From contig JBOEGF010000009.1 of the NCBI GenBank assembly GCA_050633305.1, positions 228,573 through 292,572 of the forward strand: 64,000 nt of DNA, written 5' to 3'. A program made the position numbers and the translations under genes. Source of the stretch: Nannocystales bacterium (lineage in GTDB: Bacteria > Myxococcota_A > Polyangia > Nannocystales > Nannocystaceae). Shown here piece by piece: positions 9,329 through 19,034 of the stretch; positions within the stretch are counted from its first letter, which is position 1; each line of letters opens with the position of its first letter. Under the pieces are notes generated by a model. That model was not told where the DNA came from, made no database searches, and was given only the letters and a program-made list of their open reading frames with translations.

Positions 9329-10054
9329 ATGACAAACCAAGAAAACGAACTTCGGGTGGCGTCGCGCGACGCATGGCTGGAGGAGCGACGTGCTCTCCTC
9401 GCCAAGGAGAAGGAGCTGATGCAGAAGACCGATGCGCTCCGCCAGGCGGCACGAGACCTACCGTGGGTCGAGGTCGAGGACTATGCGTTCACGGGCCCCG
9501 CGGGGGAGACGACGCTCTCCGCGCTGTTCGAGGGTCGCAGTCAGCTCATCATCTACCACTTCATGTTCGGTCCACAGGCGGAGACCGGCTGTCCCTCCTG
9601 TTCTCTGATCACCGACTCGATCGACCCCTCGCGGCCGCACCTTGCAGCGCGGGACGTTTCTTTGGTGCTCGTGTCTCGGGCCCCGGTGGAACGGCTCATG
9701 GCGTATCGCGAGCGGATGGGTTGGTCGGTGCCCTGGGTGTCGTCCGGGTCGTCGCGCTTCAACCCGGACTTCCAGGCGTCGACGGACGAAGTCAACGCAG
9801 ACGGGACGTTCTTCTACAACTTCGAGAACATGAACCGGTATCCGCCCGGGGAGCAGCCGGGAATCAGCGTGTTCCGCAAGGGCGACGACGGCCGGATCTT
9901 TCACACCTACTCCGCGTATGCTCGCGGGCTCGAGGTGTTCATGCCCACGTACACGCTGCTCGACTACGTGCCACAGGGGCGAGACGAGCACGGACTTCCG
10001 TGGGGGATGGCGTGGGTCCGCCGCCACGACGAGTACGAAGACGAGGCCGGTTGA
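9329..10054 (+). CDS. DUF899 thioredoxin-like protein
   Basis: LFEGRSQLIIYHFMFGP, GCPSCS, HTYSAYARG, WVRRHDEY. GGAG RBS before the ATG at 9329. Confidence 0.92.
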   Translation: MTNQENELRVASRDAWLEERRALLAKEKELMQKTDALRQAARDLPWVEVEDYAFTGPAGETTLSALFEGRSQLIIYHFMFGPQAETGCPSCSLITDSIDPSRPHLAARDVSLVLVSRAPVERLMAYRERMGWSVPWVSSGSSRFNPDFQASTDEVNADGTFFYNFENMNRYPPGEQPGISVFRKGDDGRIFHTYSAYARGLEVFMPTYTLLDYVPQGRDEHGLPWGMAWVRRHDEYEDEAG

Positions 10055-10100
10055 TCGGACCTCGCACTCGAGCCCCAAAACTGTGGCGCTCGGGTCCGGC

Positions 10101-11492
10101 TCAGGTCAGGCCGACGTAGGGGCCGGTGCAGTGCTCGGGGCTGCCGAACACCTGCCGGTCGTCCCCGAACAGGTTGAGAATCGCGACCAACAGGTTGTTG
10201 TGCGAGTCGTCTGCGATCCCCTCATTGCGAAGGAATCGACCCCCCCGCATCCCCCCGCCGCCCCCGGCGAGCATGAACGGCATGTTCGTCTTCGCGTGGG
10301 TGGAGGGGTGTGCGAGTTCGGTCCCGAAGAACACGACAGACTCGTCGAGCAACGTGATGCCGGGTTCCATCTCGACCGCATCCATCGTTTGCAGCAGGTA
10401 CGCGTGCTGCTGGCTGTACCAGGTCGCGATCTGCTCGCATTCCTCGGGGCGGAAGCCGCCGTCGTGTTGGTAGTAGTGGTGGTGCTGCTCGAGTCCGAGC
10501 CAAGGGAAGGTGTGCTTCGCCTCGGTGTCGGTCCACTGCAGTGACGCGACAGGCGTGATCTCGCAGGCGAGCGACATGACCAACATGTCCGTCATGAAGC
10601 GGCCCACCTTGGGGATCGCTTCGTCGGTTGTGGCATCGACGACCGAGCCGTTGTCGGTCGAGTTGAGCCCGGTCTGGGGGTCGTAGTCGGAGGTGTCGAC
10701 GCGTTCGGGAATCTGGCAGATGTCGGTGGGCACCGGAAGGTCGCCGATCGAGGTCTCCAGCTCGCGAATCTTCTCGAGGTGTTGCTCGAGCTTCTGGCGG
10801 TCGGCGGTGCCCATGCCGGGCGCGAGGGACTCGAAGCGACGATCGACGAAGTCGAGGATCGACTTCTTGCGGGCCAGACGAGCCTCGAAGTCCTGCCCAG
10901 TGTCGGGATCGAGAGCGCCGAACAAGCTGTCGAACATCGCCTGCGGATCGAGCCGAGGTGGGATCGGGTCGAACGTCTCGTTGTCCTCGAAGTTGACGGT
11001 GTTGATCGGATGCAGCAGTCCGTGGGACTTTCCGGTTCCCCACCGAACCGCCATCTGCAGGCTCTTGCGCGGGAAACCCTTACTGATCAGGCTCGCGATC
11101 GCTTGATCGACCGAGGGCCCCTGAGCGTAGCCGTCACCGCCCTGGGGCGTTCCACATAGCCACGCGATGATGCCCGATTGGTGTTGCTCGCCGATGGCGC
11201 TGCGCATGGCGAGCCCATCCATCACCAACAGCTTCTCCACGACCGGCTCGAGCGGCGCGAGAATGGAGCTCAGCGCGAAGTCGTCCTCGGTACCGGTGGG
11301 ACGCCAGCGGTTCTCGCCCTGGCCGTCGTCGGTGACGTTTCCACCGGGTGTGTACACGGTGACAAAGCGCCTGGCGCAGCCTTCCTTGGCGTGGGCGGTT
11401 CGAGCCGTGCCCATGATCTCGAGCCAGGGCAGGGCGATCGCCAAACCACCGGCGCCTTGCAGGACGGCGCGACGAGAGAGCTTCTGAGTCAT
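10101..11492 (-). CDS. DUF1552 domain protein (Tat-type signal)
   Basis: LSRRAVLQGAGG..LPWLE, SVDQ, KSILD, LEKIRELE, TLLDES, MPFMLAGG, NLL: the motif series typical of DUF1552. Confidence 0.88.
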   Translation of the reverse strand: MTQKLSRRAVLQGAGGLAIALPWLEIMGTARTAHAKEGCARRFVTVYTPGGNVTDDGQGENRWRPTGTEDDFALSSILAPLEPVVEKLLVMDGLAMRSAIGEQHQSGIIAWLCGTPQGGDGYAQGPSVDQAIASLISKGFPRKSLQMAVRWGTGKSHGLLHPINTVNFEDNETFDPIPPRLDPQAMFDSLFGALDPDTGQDFEARLARKKSILDFVDRRFESLAPGMGTADRQKLEQHLEKIRELETSIGDLPVPTDICQIPERVDTSDYDPQTGLNSTDNGSVVDATTDEAIPKVGRFMTDMLVMSLACEITPVASLQWTDTEAKHTFPWLGLEQHHHYYQHDGGFRPEECEQIATWYSQQHAYLLQTMDAVEMEPGITLLDESVVFFGTELAHPSTHAKTNMPFMLAGGGGGMRGGRFLRNEGIADDSHNNLLVAILNLFGDDRQVFGSPEHCTGPYVGLT

Positions 11493-11493
11493 C

Positions 11494-13236
11494 CTACTGT
11501 CCCTCCGAGGGCGCCATGTACAGGAAATCGTCGGTCTGTGTGAGGTCGATGAGGAGCTGTTGGACGTCGTGCCCCGAGGCTTCGAACTGGTCGATGAGTC
11601 TCTGCTGGGTGCACGCGTCCGCGTCGTCTGCGGTGCGTCCGTACGCGAAGTTGGACCAGTGGGTCACGAAGCAGGCATGCGTTGCATCCGAAGCTGCGAT
11701 GCCCTCGATCAGCTCGAGTGGCCCCGCGACCTCGCCGAACCCGGGCAGCGCTCCACTGGCATCGATGGCGACGCCGTTCTCGTCGTCACGCCACAGGCCC
11801 ACGGCGTCGAAGTTCTCGAACGTCAGTCCAAGCGGATCCATGAATGCGTGGCAGCCTGCGCAGGCGGTGTCCTCGCTGTGCTTCGAGAACCGCTCTCGGG
11901 CCGTCGATCCGGAGTCGGGATCGGGCGGCGTGACCTCCTCGGCGACGTCTCCGGTGGGGATCGGGATCTCTGTGCACATCAGCGCCCGCGTGATGAAGGC
12001 TCCGCGGGTGACGGGGTTCGTCTCGTTGGAGTGGATGGTCCCCGCGAGCATGCCCGCTTGGGTCAGCAGCCCGCGGCGCTGGGTCGGGTCGTGCTCAACT
12101 CGGACGAAGCCGTCCCCGCTCACGCCATCGATTCCATAGAAATTCGCGAGGGTTTCGTTGACGAAGGTGTACGGCGCGGTGAGGGCTGCGTCCCACGTCC
12201 CCGAACCCTCGAAGATCTCATAGGCGAGGAAGGTCTGAACCTCCTCGCGCATCGCAGCGCCGACTTGTGCGTCGTAGCTCGGATAGCGCTCCGGGTCCCT
12301 CTCGAGGTACGCCAGGCCGCTGATCGGGAGCGCATTGTCGAAGAAGAAGCGGACAACGGTGCGGGCTCGGGGGTCGGCCAGCATGCGCTCGGCGTGGGCC
12401 AGCACCTGGGCCCCTGAGACGAGGGCATCGGCATTGGCGGCCTCTCGCAGCGTGTCGTCGGGCATCGTCCCCCACAAGAAGTAGGACAGGCGGCTCGCCA
12501 TCTCGTGGCTCGTGGGTCGCAGGCGTCCCTGCGCGTCGGTAAACCCGCGCTCGACCCGGTACAAGAAATCGGGGGACTGCAACAGCACCTCGACGATCCC
12601 TGCGGCGCTGGTGGTGAAGTCGGCATCGGCACGCAGGGTCTGCTCGAACGCGGCGAGCGTGTCGACTTCGTCCTCCTCCAGAGGACGACGGTACGCGCGT
12701 GCACCGAACCCCTCGATGAAACGACGCGCACAGGCATCGGTCGCCGCCGCATCCTCGGGGTCCAGGTCGGCGGAACAAGGCGCGATGAGGGCAAACGCTT
12801 CGGTGGTGGCGGTGGCCTCGAGCGCGAGGGCCTCGGCCGCGACGTTGTATTGCTCGGCGAGCAGGCTCGACACGGACTGCGCGCTGGCGTCGTTTCCGAA
12901 GCCGTTGGCCAACTCCTCGCTTGGGAATCCGTTCGCGGGGAAGCTGTCGGTCTGGAGGAGGTCCCGGACGGTGTTGTTGTATTCGAAGCGGGTCAGCCGG
13001 CGTAGGGTCGTGCCGCCATCGTGTTCCTCGAGGCATGCTGGCACCCCGGAACCGCCGGATTCGTCCCCGGATTCATCGTCCGCGGAGTCTGTGCCCGCGG
13101 CGCCATTGGATTCGCCGGCGGCCGAGACTCGGGCGCCCTCGTAACACCCACCCACCAGAGCCAGGCACAGGCTGGAGGCGACCCCGACCCGGAACCCGGC
13201 GCGCTTGCGTCGCCTCTTCAGCAATTCCCCCGGCAC
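11494..13236 (-). CDS. DUF1592/DUF1588/DUF1595 domain lipoprotein
   Basis: LRRLTRFEYNNTVRDL, AYRRPL, LLQSPDFLY, ASRLSYFLW..MPD, RRGLLTQ, PVTRG, CAGCH..MDPLG..FENFD. Start uncertain. Confidence 0.9.
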   Translation of the reverse strand: MPGELLKRRRKRAGFRVGVASSLCLALVGGCYEGARVSAAGESNGAAGTDSADDESGDESGGSGVPACLEEHDGGTTLRRLTRFEYNNTVRDLLQTDSFPANGFPSEELANGFGNDASAQSVSSLLAEQYNVAAEALALEATATTEAFALIAPCSADLDPEDAAATDACARRFIEGFGARAYRRPLEEDEVDTLAAFEQTLRADADFTTSAAGIVEVLLQSPDFLYRVERGFTDAQGRLRPTSHEMASRLSYFLWGTMPDDTLREAANADALVSGAQVLAHAERMLADPRARTVVRFFFDNALPISGLAYLERDPERYPSYDAQVGAAMREEVQTFLAYEIFEGSGTWDAALTAPYTFVNETLANFYGIDGVSGDGFVRVEHDPTQRRGLLTQAGMLAGTIHSNETNPVTRGAFITRALMCTEIPIPTGDVAEEVTPPDPDSGSTARERFSKHSEDTACAGCHAFMDPLGLTFENFDAVGLWRDDENGVAIDASGALPGFGEVAGPLELIEGIAASDATHACFVTHWSNFAYGRTADDADACTQQRLIDQFEASGHDVQQLLIDLTQTDDFLYMAPSEGQ

Positions 13237-13403
13237 CCCTTCACCGTCACACTTTCGGGCTCCGCATCGGGCCGCTTTCCGCCCAAAAAACGGCCCGATG
13301 CAGACCTCGTGGGCTGGCTTCCGCTCCTTCCATTGCCTTTCCCACAACGCCGCCCTCGACAGTGGGAGCCGATCGGAGCGACTTCATGTAGCCTCTGCGG
13401 CCG

Positions 13404-16400
13404 ATGTTGCGACTCCCCCCCGATCGGGCCGCCGAACGCGTGGCTGAAGCGCTTGTCGGTGGGCAGCGAATGCGGGTGCTCGGCGCGGACGGGCCGGTGC
13501 GCGGGTTGTGCCTGGCCCGTGCTGCCCGGCACGCTTTGGGCGAAGCCCCGGTCGTGATGCTGGCACCCGACGATGTGACCGGCCGCGCGATCGTGAAAGA
13601 CGTCGCGTTCTTCCTCGGTCTGACGAGCGATGACCGGCACCAAGACGGTGAAATCCTCTACATCCCCGAACTCGACGTCTCGCCCTATGCGGATGTCTCG
13701 GCCGACCCTCGGGTGGTGGGGGCCAGACTCGCTGCGCTTGGACGGCTCCTCGGCGATGACCCGCCGAAACTGGTGGTGACGAGCGTGCGCTCGTTGGCCC
13801 GACGGGTGATCCCCAAAGATGCGTTTGCCCGGGTTCGTCAGGCGTGGTCCACCAACGACGAGATCGATCGGGATGTGGCCGCGAGCGCGCTCTTGGCCGC
13901 GGGGTACACCCGCGTCGACGTCGTCGAGGACCCCGGAACGTTCGCCGTGCGAGGCGGGGTCATGGATGTGTTCGTCCCCCGTTACCACTTCCCACTGCGT
14001 ATCGAGTGGTTTGGGGACGAGATCGAGCGCATGCGGATGTTCGATCCGGACTCCCAACGGAGCCTGCGTGACGTGGAGTCGGTGATGATCGACCCGGTGC
14101 GGGAGACGATCGTCACCCGCACCAGCGAGGTTCGGGGGGCGCTGCTCGAGATCGCGGATCACGTGACCGCACCCTCGAGCAAGACACGACTGGTCTGCGA
14201 CAACGTGGACAAGGGCGTCGACTTCTTCGGAATCGACGCGTTGGCGCCAGCATTTCACGACCGGATGGACCCGCTGTGGACGTACCTCGAGGACGCCGCA
14301 TGGTACGTCGAGGATCGGTCGGCCTTGGTGGGATTGGCCCATCAGCAGGCCGAGGTCCACTGCGAGGCGTACGAGCGCGCGCGGGCCAACCACAACCTGG
14401 CAGCCGACGTCGACGCATTCTTCGTCCCGCCAGAGTCTGTGGACGAGATGCTCGCGGCTCAGCCCGTCGTCGCGTCGCGGGTCGAGACCGCGGGGGACGG
14501 CTCGGATGATCGCCCGACGATCACGATCACCTCGGAGCGCTCCGCTCGCCTCCGTTTGGAGCTGGAGTCGGCGCGGGGCCGCAAAGAGGGCGAGATTCTG
14601 CGGCCTGTGGTCGACCACATCCGTCGACACACCCGGGGTCCCGATGACGACACGCCGGGGCCGGCCTGGAAGGTCGTGATCTCGGCGCCCAACGTCACGC
14701 ACGCGGAGCGTCTCACGAGCCTGTTGCGCGGCTACGGACTCCCGATGGAGCCGCCTCGCGGACCCGAGGGGCACCTGCTGGCGATCAGTGCCACCGACCA
14801 ACTCCGTTCGACGGTTCAGGTCATCGCCGGCGAGCTCTCCTCGGGCTACGAGTCGCCCGAAGAGCGGTTCTTACTGCTGTCCGAAGCGGACATCTTCGGG
14901 CGGGTCACGAAGAAGGCGCGGACACGAAAGCGCAAGGCTGGCCTCGGAAGTCTCACCCAGCTGCAAGAGGGCGACTTCATCGTGCACATCGTGCACGGCG
15001 TGGGCCGTTATACCGGGCTGACCAAGCTGGCGATGGGTGGGGTCCCGGCGGACTTCGTGCTCGTCGAGTACGCCAACAAAGACAAGCTCTACCTCCCGGT
15101 CCACCGCCTCAGCGAGATCGATCGCTACGTCAGCGCGGACGCGAAGCCGCCCAAGCTCGACAAGATGGGCGGGACGTCGTTTGCGACGAAGACCGCCAAG
15201 GTCAAGGCCGAGGTCCGGCAGATCGCCGAAGAGCTGCTGCAGATCTACGCCCAGCGGGAGGCGCTCGAGGGGCACGCCTACCCAGAGATGGCGGAAACTT
15301 CAGCGTTCGAGGCGACGTTCCCGTTCGAAGAAACCGCAGATCAGCAGGACGCGATCGATGCGGTGCACAAGGACATGACCCGTCCCCAACCGATGGACCG
15401 GTTGGTGTGCGGGGATGTGGGCTTCGGCAAGACCGAGGTTGCGCTCCGCGCTGCGTTCCGCGCTGCCATGTCTGGCAAGCAGGTCGGGGTTCTGGCGCCC
15501 ACGACCGTCCTCGTCCAGCAACATGCCAGCACGTTCACCGATCGCCTCGAAGCGTTTGGGCTCGAGGTCGCCAAGCTCAACCGGCTCACGGACAGCAAGT
15601 CGCGCAAGGCGATCATGGAGGGCCTCAAAGATGGCTCGGTCGATGTGGTGGTGGGGACGCACCGCCTGCTGAGTCGTGATGTTCGCTTCAAGGACCTGGG
15701 TCTGGTGATCATCGACGAGGAGCAGCGCTTCGGCGTCGCGCAAAAAGAGCGGTTCAAAAAGCTCAAGACCCAGGTCGACGTGCTCACCCTCAGCGCGACG
15801 CCGATTCCGAGGACACTGCACCTGTCCCTGCTCGGTATTCGCGAGATCAGCTTGATCACCACACCGCCGGTCGACCGCCTCGCCGTACGCACGTACTTGA
15901 CGCGGGCCAGCGACACCGTGCTCGAGGAGGGCCTGCGCCGCGAACTCGCCCGCGGCGGGCAGGCGTTCTACGTGGTGCCCAAGATCATGGGCATCGAGGA
16001 GCATGCGGAGAGGATTCGCGCCCTGGTCCCCGAGGCTCGGGTGATCGTGGCGCACGGCAAGATGCCCGCGGAGATGCTGGAGAAGGCGATGGTCTCCTTC
16101 GTCGAGCACGAGGCGGACGTGTTGGTGTCCACGACGATCATCGAGAGCGGTCTGGACATCCCGCGAGCGAACACCATGTTCATCTCCCGGGCCGACATGT
16201 TCGGGCTCTCGCAGCTGTACCAGCTGCGCGGACGGATCGGCCGGAGCAAGCACCGCGCGCACTGCTACCTGATGGTCGGCTCGCTCGAGAAGCTTCCCCC
16301 CGAGTCCCGTCGGCGCCTCGAGGCGATCGTGAAGTTCTCCGACCTGGGCAGCGGCTTCCACATCGCGAGCCAGGACCTGGAGATTCGAGGGGCCGGAGAG

Positions 16401-16964
16401 ATCCTTGGGGCCCGGCAGTCCGGGCAGATTCAAGCGATCGGATTCGATGCGTACTCGAGGATCCTGACCGAGGCGGTCGCGGAGCTCAAAGGTCAGCCGA
16501 TCGTCCGCGAGACCGACCCCGAGGTGGCCTTCGATGTGCCTGCGTTCTTGCCCGACACCTATGTCGAGGACACCGGGCAACGGCTGGACCTGTATCGTCG
16601 CCTCTCGCTCGCCCCCGATATCGACGCGGTGAACTCGGTGATGGAAGAGGTGCGCGACCGATTCGGCGAGCCCCCCGAAGAAGCGGTCAACCTGGGCTTC
16701 GTCATGGGGTGCAAGACCTACGGGCGACGGCTGCACGCGACGGCGATCGAGAAGAAGGGGGCGCGTCTGAGCGTCCGATTGCGAGACGACACGCCGATCT
16801 CGGCCGAGGTCGCCGCGAAGCTTCATCAGCTCACCGAGGGCCAGATGCGGATGGCCGGACCCGATCGCATCGTGGCGGCGTTGCCGGATACCCCGCGAAG
16901 CGCGACGCAACTCGAGGCCGCACGCACCGCGCTCGCAGCCTTGGTCACGTTGGGTCCAGGCTGA
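13404..16964 (+). CDS. mfd: Transcription-repair coupling factor Mfd
   Basis: UvrB-like N-part (FAVRGGVMD), CarD/RID (VHIVHGVGRY), CGDVGFGKTEVA, DEEQRFG, SATPIPRTL, QLRGRIGR and TRCF C-terminal domain. 1186 aa. Confidence 0.98.
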   Translation: MLRLPPDRAAERVAEALVGGQRMRVLGADGPVRGLCLARAARHALGEAPVVMLAPDDVTGRAIVKDVAFFLGLTSDDRHQDGEILYIPELDVSPYADVSADPRVVGARLAALGRLLGDDPPKLVVTSVRSLARRVIPKDAFARVRQAWSTNDEIDRDVAASALLAAGYTRVDVVEDPGTFAVRGGVMDVFVPRYHFPLRIEWFGDEIERMRMFDPDSQRSLRDVESVMIDPVRETIVTRTSEVRGALLEIADHVTAPSSKTRLVCDNVDKGVDFFGIDALAPAFHDRMDPLWTYLEDAAWYVEDRSALVGLAHQQAEVHCEAYERARANHNLAADVDAFFVPPESVDEMLAAQPVVASRVETAGDGSDDRPTITITSERSARLRLELESARGRKEGEILRPVVDHIRRHTRGPDDDTPGPAWKVVISAPNVTHAERLTSLLRGYGLPMEPPRGPEGHLLAISATDQLRSTVQVIAGELSSGYESPEERFLLLSEADIFGRVTKKARTRKRKAGLGSLTQLQEGDFIVHIVHGVGRYTGLTKLAMGGVPADFVLVEYANKDKLYLPVHRLSEIDRYVSADAKPPKLDKMGGTSFATKTAKVKAEVRQIAEELLQIYAQREALEGHAYPEMAETSAFEATFPFEETADQQDAIDAVHKDMTRPQPMDRLVCGDVGFGKTEVALRAAFRAAMSGKQVGVLAPTTVLVQQHASTFTDRLEAFGLEVAKLNRLTDSKSRKAIMEGLKDGSVDVVVGTHRLLSRDVRFKDLGLVIIDEEQRFGVAQKERFKKLKTQVDVLTLSATPIPRTLHLSLLGIREISLITTPPVDRLAVRTYLTRASDTVLEEGLRRELARGGQAFYVVPKIMGIEEHAERIRALVPEARVIVAHGKMPAEMLEKAMVSFVEHEADVLVSTTIIESGLDIPRANTMFISRADMFGLSQLYQLRGRIGRSKHRAHCYLMVGSLEKLPPESRRRLEAIVKFSDLGSGFHIASQDLEIRGAGEILGARQSGQIQAIGFDAYSRILTEAVAELKGQPIVRETDPEVAFDVPAFLPDTYVEDTGQRLDLYRRLSLAPDIDAVNSVMEEVRDRFGEPPEEAVNLGFVMGCKTYGRRLHATAIEKKGARLSVRLRDDTPISAEVAAKLHQLTEGQMRMAGPDRIVAALPDTPRSATQLEAARTALAALVTLGPG

Positions 16965-17008
16965 GTTCGGCCTTGTGCTCAGGACGTTCCGATGGCTGAA
17001 TCGAGGGC

Positions 17009-17806
17009 GTGCACCGTCTTGTTGCCCTGGCCATGGTGATGGCCACGCTCGGCTGCGATGTGTCGGAGGGGGTCCCCGAAGGCAAGCTCGCCGTCGTGGG
17101 CCCGACGGTGCTCGGCCCCGAAGATGTCGCGGCCGCTCGGAGTCAGGTCGGAAAGTACGGGCAGCTCCGCTTCTCCGGTCCCGAAGGCGAGGCGACGATG
17201 CTCGAGGCGCTCATCGGCACCGAACTGATGGCGCTCGAGGCGGAGGAGGCCGGCCTGAACAACGACCCCAGAGTGGCGTTTGCTCTGCGCGAAGAGATCT
17301 CGACGGTGTACCTGACCACGCTTCTCGAACGGGCGGTCCCCAGAGACGCTGTGGCCTCCGACACGGACGCGCTGCGGGCGTACTACGACGCGCACCCCGA
17401 TGCCTTCATGGTCCCCGAGGAACGCAGCGCCCAAGGCGTCGTGTTGAAGACCTTTGACGAGGCGGACCAGGCTCTCGCTGCGTTACAGGCGGGAACGAGC
17501 AAGCTGACCGACCTGGGCGACGTGTTCGCGACCCCGATGCAAGCTCGGGACGATGCCGAGTATCCAGCGTTCCACCCGTACCTCTTCGAGGAGGGGGTCG
17601 AGGTCGGAGACTTCCTCGCGCACCCGGTGTTCCTGGGGGAGTCGCTGTTGATCGGTCGGGTTCAGAAGATCGCCCCCGCACACCTGCGGGGCTTTGACGA
17701 CCCCGCCGTGCAGGAGCAGCTCGTTGAAGCGGTGATCCAGCCACAGCGCGAGGCCGCTCGGGCTGCAATTGTGGAGCGACTCGCGCAGGGCCAGCCGCCG
17801 CTGTGA
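17009..17806 (+). CDS. PpiC/parvulin-like peptidylprolyl isomerase family lipoprotein
   Basis: Lipobox TLGC, LRAYYDAHPDAF..PEERS, position after mfd. Catalytic motifs look degenerate. Confidence 0.7.
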   Translation: MHRLVALAMVMATLGCDVSEGVPEGKLAVVGPTVLGPEDVAAARSQVGKYGQLRFSGPEGEATMLEALIGTELMALEAEEAGLNNDPRVAFALREEISTVYLTTLLERAVPRDAVASDTDALRAYYDAHPDAFMVPEERSAQGVVLKTFDEADQALAALQAGTSKLTDLGDVFATPMQARDDAEYPAFHPYLFEEGVEVGDFLAHPVFLGESLLIGRVQKIAPAHLRGFDDPAVQEQLVEAVIQPQREAARAAIVERLAQGQPPL

Positions 17807-17850
17807 CCCGTTGCGCTGCAACGCCATCCGCGCCGTGATACCCATCGTGC

Positions 17851-18849
17851 ATGCGCTCCGCCCTCGCGCTCGTGCTGTGTTCCACTCTGGCGTCGTTCGC
17901 CGTGCCCGCGCGCGCCGCCGCGCCGGCTTCCGCCCCGACACCAACAACCGGAGGACGGATCGAGCTCGACCGAGTCGCGGCGGTCGTCGGCGACGAGGTG
18001 ATCCTTGCCAGCGAGCTGCAGCGCTCGGCGGCTCGCCACCCCCTCATGCAGGAGGGCATGGCCTCGCTGCCCGCGGGCGCGAGTCCGAAGATGATTCAGC
18101 AGAAGTCGCGCGAGGTCACCGCCAAGGTCCTCGACGAGCTCATCGACCTCGCCTTGATGCGGGCTGAGGCCGTGAAGTTCGACATCCAGATCTCCGAGGA
18201 CGAGGTCGACAACGCAGTCGCCGACATCGCCAAGCAGTACCAGCTGACCATGGACGAGCTGCGCAAGCAGGTGGTGGCGAGCCCGGAGTACGGAAGCTGG
18301 GCCGACTACCGTGGCGAGGTCCGCGATCAAATCCTCCAGTATCGGCTCCCGCAGTACCTTGCGACCTGGTCGGTCAGCGAAGCCCAGGTCCGCGAGCACT
18401 ACCGGAAGATGACCAAGGACGAGTCGGCGAAAGTCGGCGTGCGGCAGCTGGTGTTCAACCCTCCGACGCAGAAGTCCGGCGACCGAGACCGGGTGTTTGC
18501 GAAGGCGCAGGCGGCAGCGCGGTCTCTTCGAGACGGCAAGGAGATGGACGAGGTCGCGCAAGGCCTCGGTCAGGAGTCGCCGAACCGTTCCATCGGGCGG
18601 GGCGACGTTGCACCCGCGATCGAGGACGCATTGTTCGAGGCGAAGGACACCCAGATCGTCGGGCCCTTGGCGTCGGGGCAGGGGTACGTCGTGTTCCAAG
18701 TGCTGCAGCACGTTGAGTCGGCCGCGCTGGACTACGAAAAGGCCAAGGACCGTATCCGGCAGCAACTTGAGGCCGAAGCGTTCATCAAGGCGCAAAACGA
18801 GTTGCGGACCCAGCTGCGCGCCAAAGCGCACATCGACATTCGCGTGTAG
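17851..18849 (+). CDS. surA: SurA-family periplasmic chaperone
   Basis: Signal peptide, DRVAAVVGDEVILASEL, VLDELID, SurA N-domain, degenerate parvulin domain, LRAKAHIDIR C-terminus. Confidence 0.82.
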   Translation: MRSALALVLCSTLASFAVPARAAAPASAPTPTTGGRIELDRVAAVVGDEVILASELQRSAARHPLMQEGMASLPAGASPKMIQQKSREVTAKVLDELIDLALMRAEAVKFDIQISEDEVDNAVADIAKQYQLTMDELRKQVVASPEYGSWADYRGEVRDQILQYRLPQYLATWSVSEAQVREHYRKMTKDESAKVGVRQLVFNPPTQKSGDRDRVFAKAQAAARSLRDGKEMDEVAQGLGQESPNRSIGRGDVAPAIEDALFEAKDTQIVGPLASGQGYVVFQVLQHVESAALDYEKAKDRIRQQLEAEAFIKAQNELRTQLRAKAHIDIRV

Positions 18850-19034
18850 CCGGTGCGAGGGGTCGGACCTCCGCGGTCCGCGCCCTCGCGAAACCGGTCG
18901 CTGGGGAGTTCCGCGGCCCCGCGCCCGGCCGGTTTGCGGGCCGTTCACGTCCTGATCACGCCCAGTGGGTTGCGAGACCACGGCCCGGACACAACATGAA
19001 GGGGTGAGGGCGGGGGTTCCTCACGTGTCCTGTG

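Noticed and set aside
4200..10054. Redox cassettes as a mobile genomic island
   Set aside because: I found no transposase, integrase, flanking direct repeats or tRNA. The accessory character alone is not enough.
15300..16910. Long antisense ORFs, for example 536 aa opposite mfd, and also 23281-25248, 31401-33578, 44039-45706, 57717-59444 and 61279-63588
   Set aside because: They are shadow frames of well-supported genes. High-GC codon bias removes stops on the opposite strand, and the translations have no recognisable motifs.
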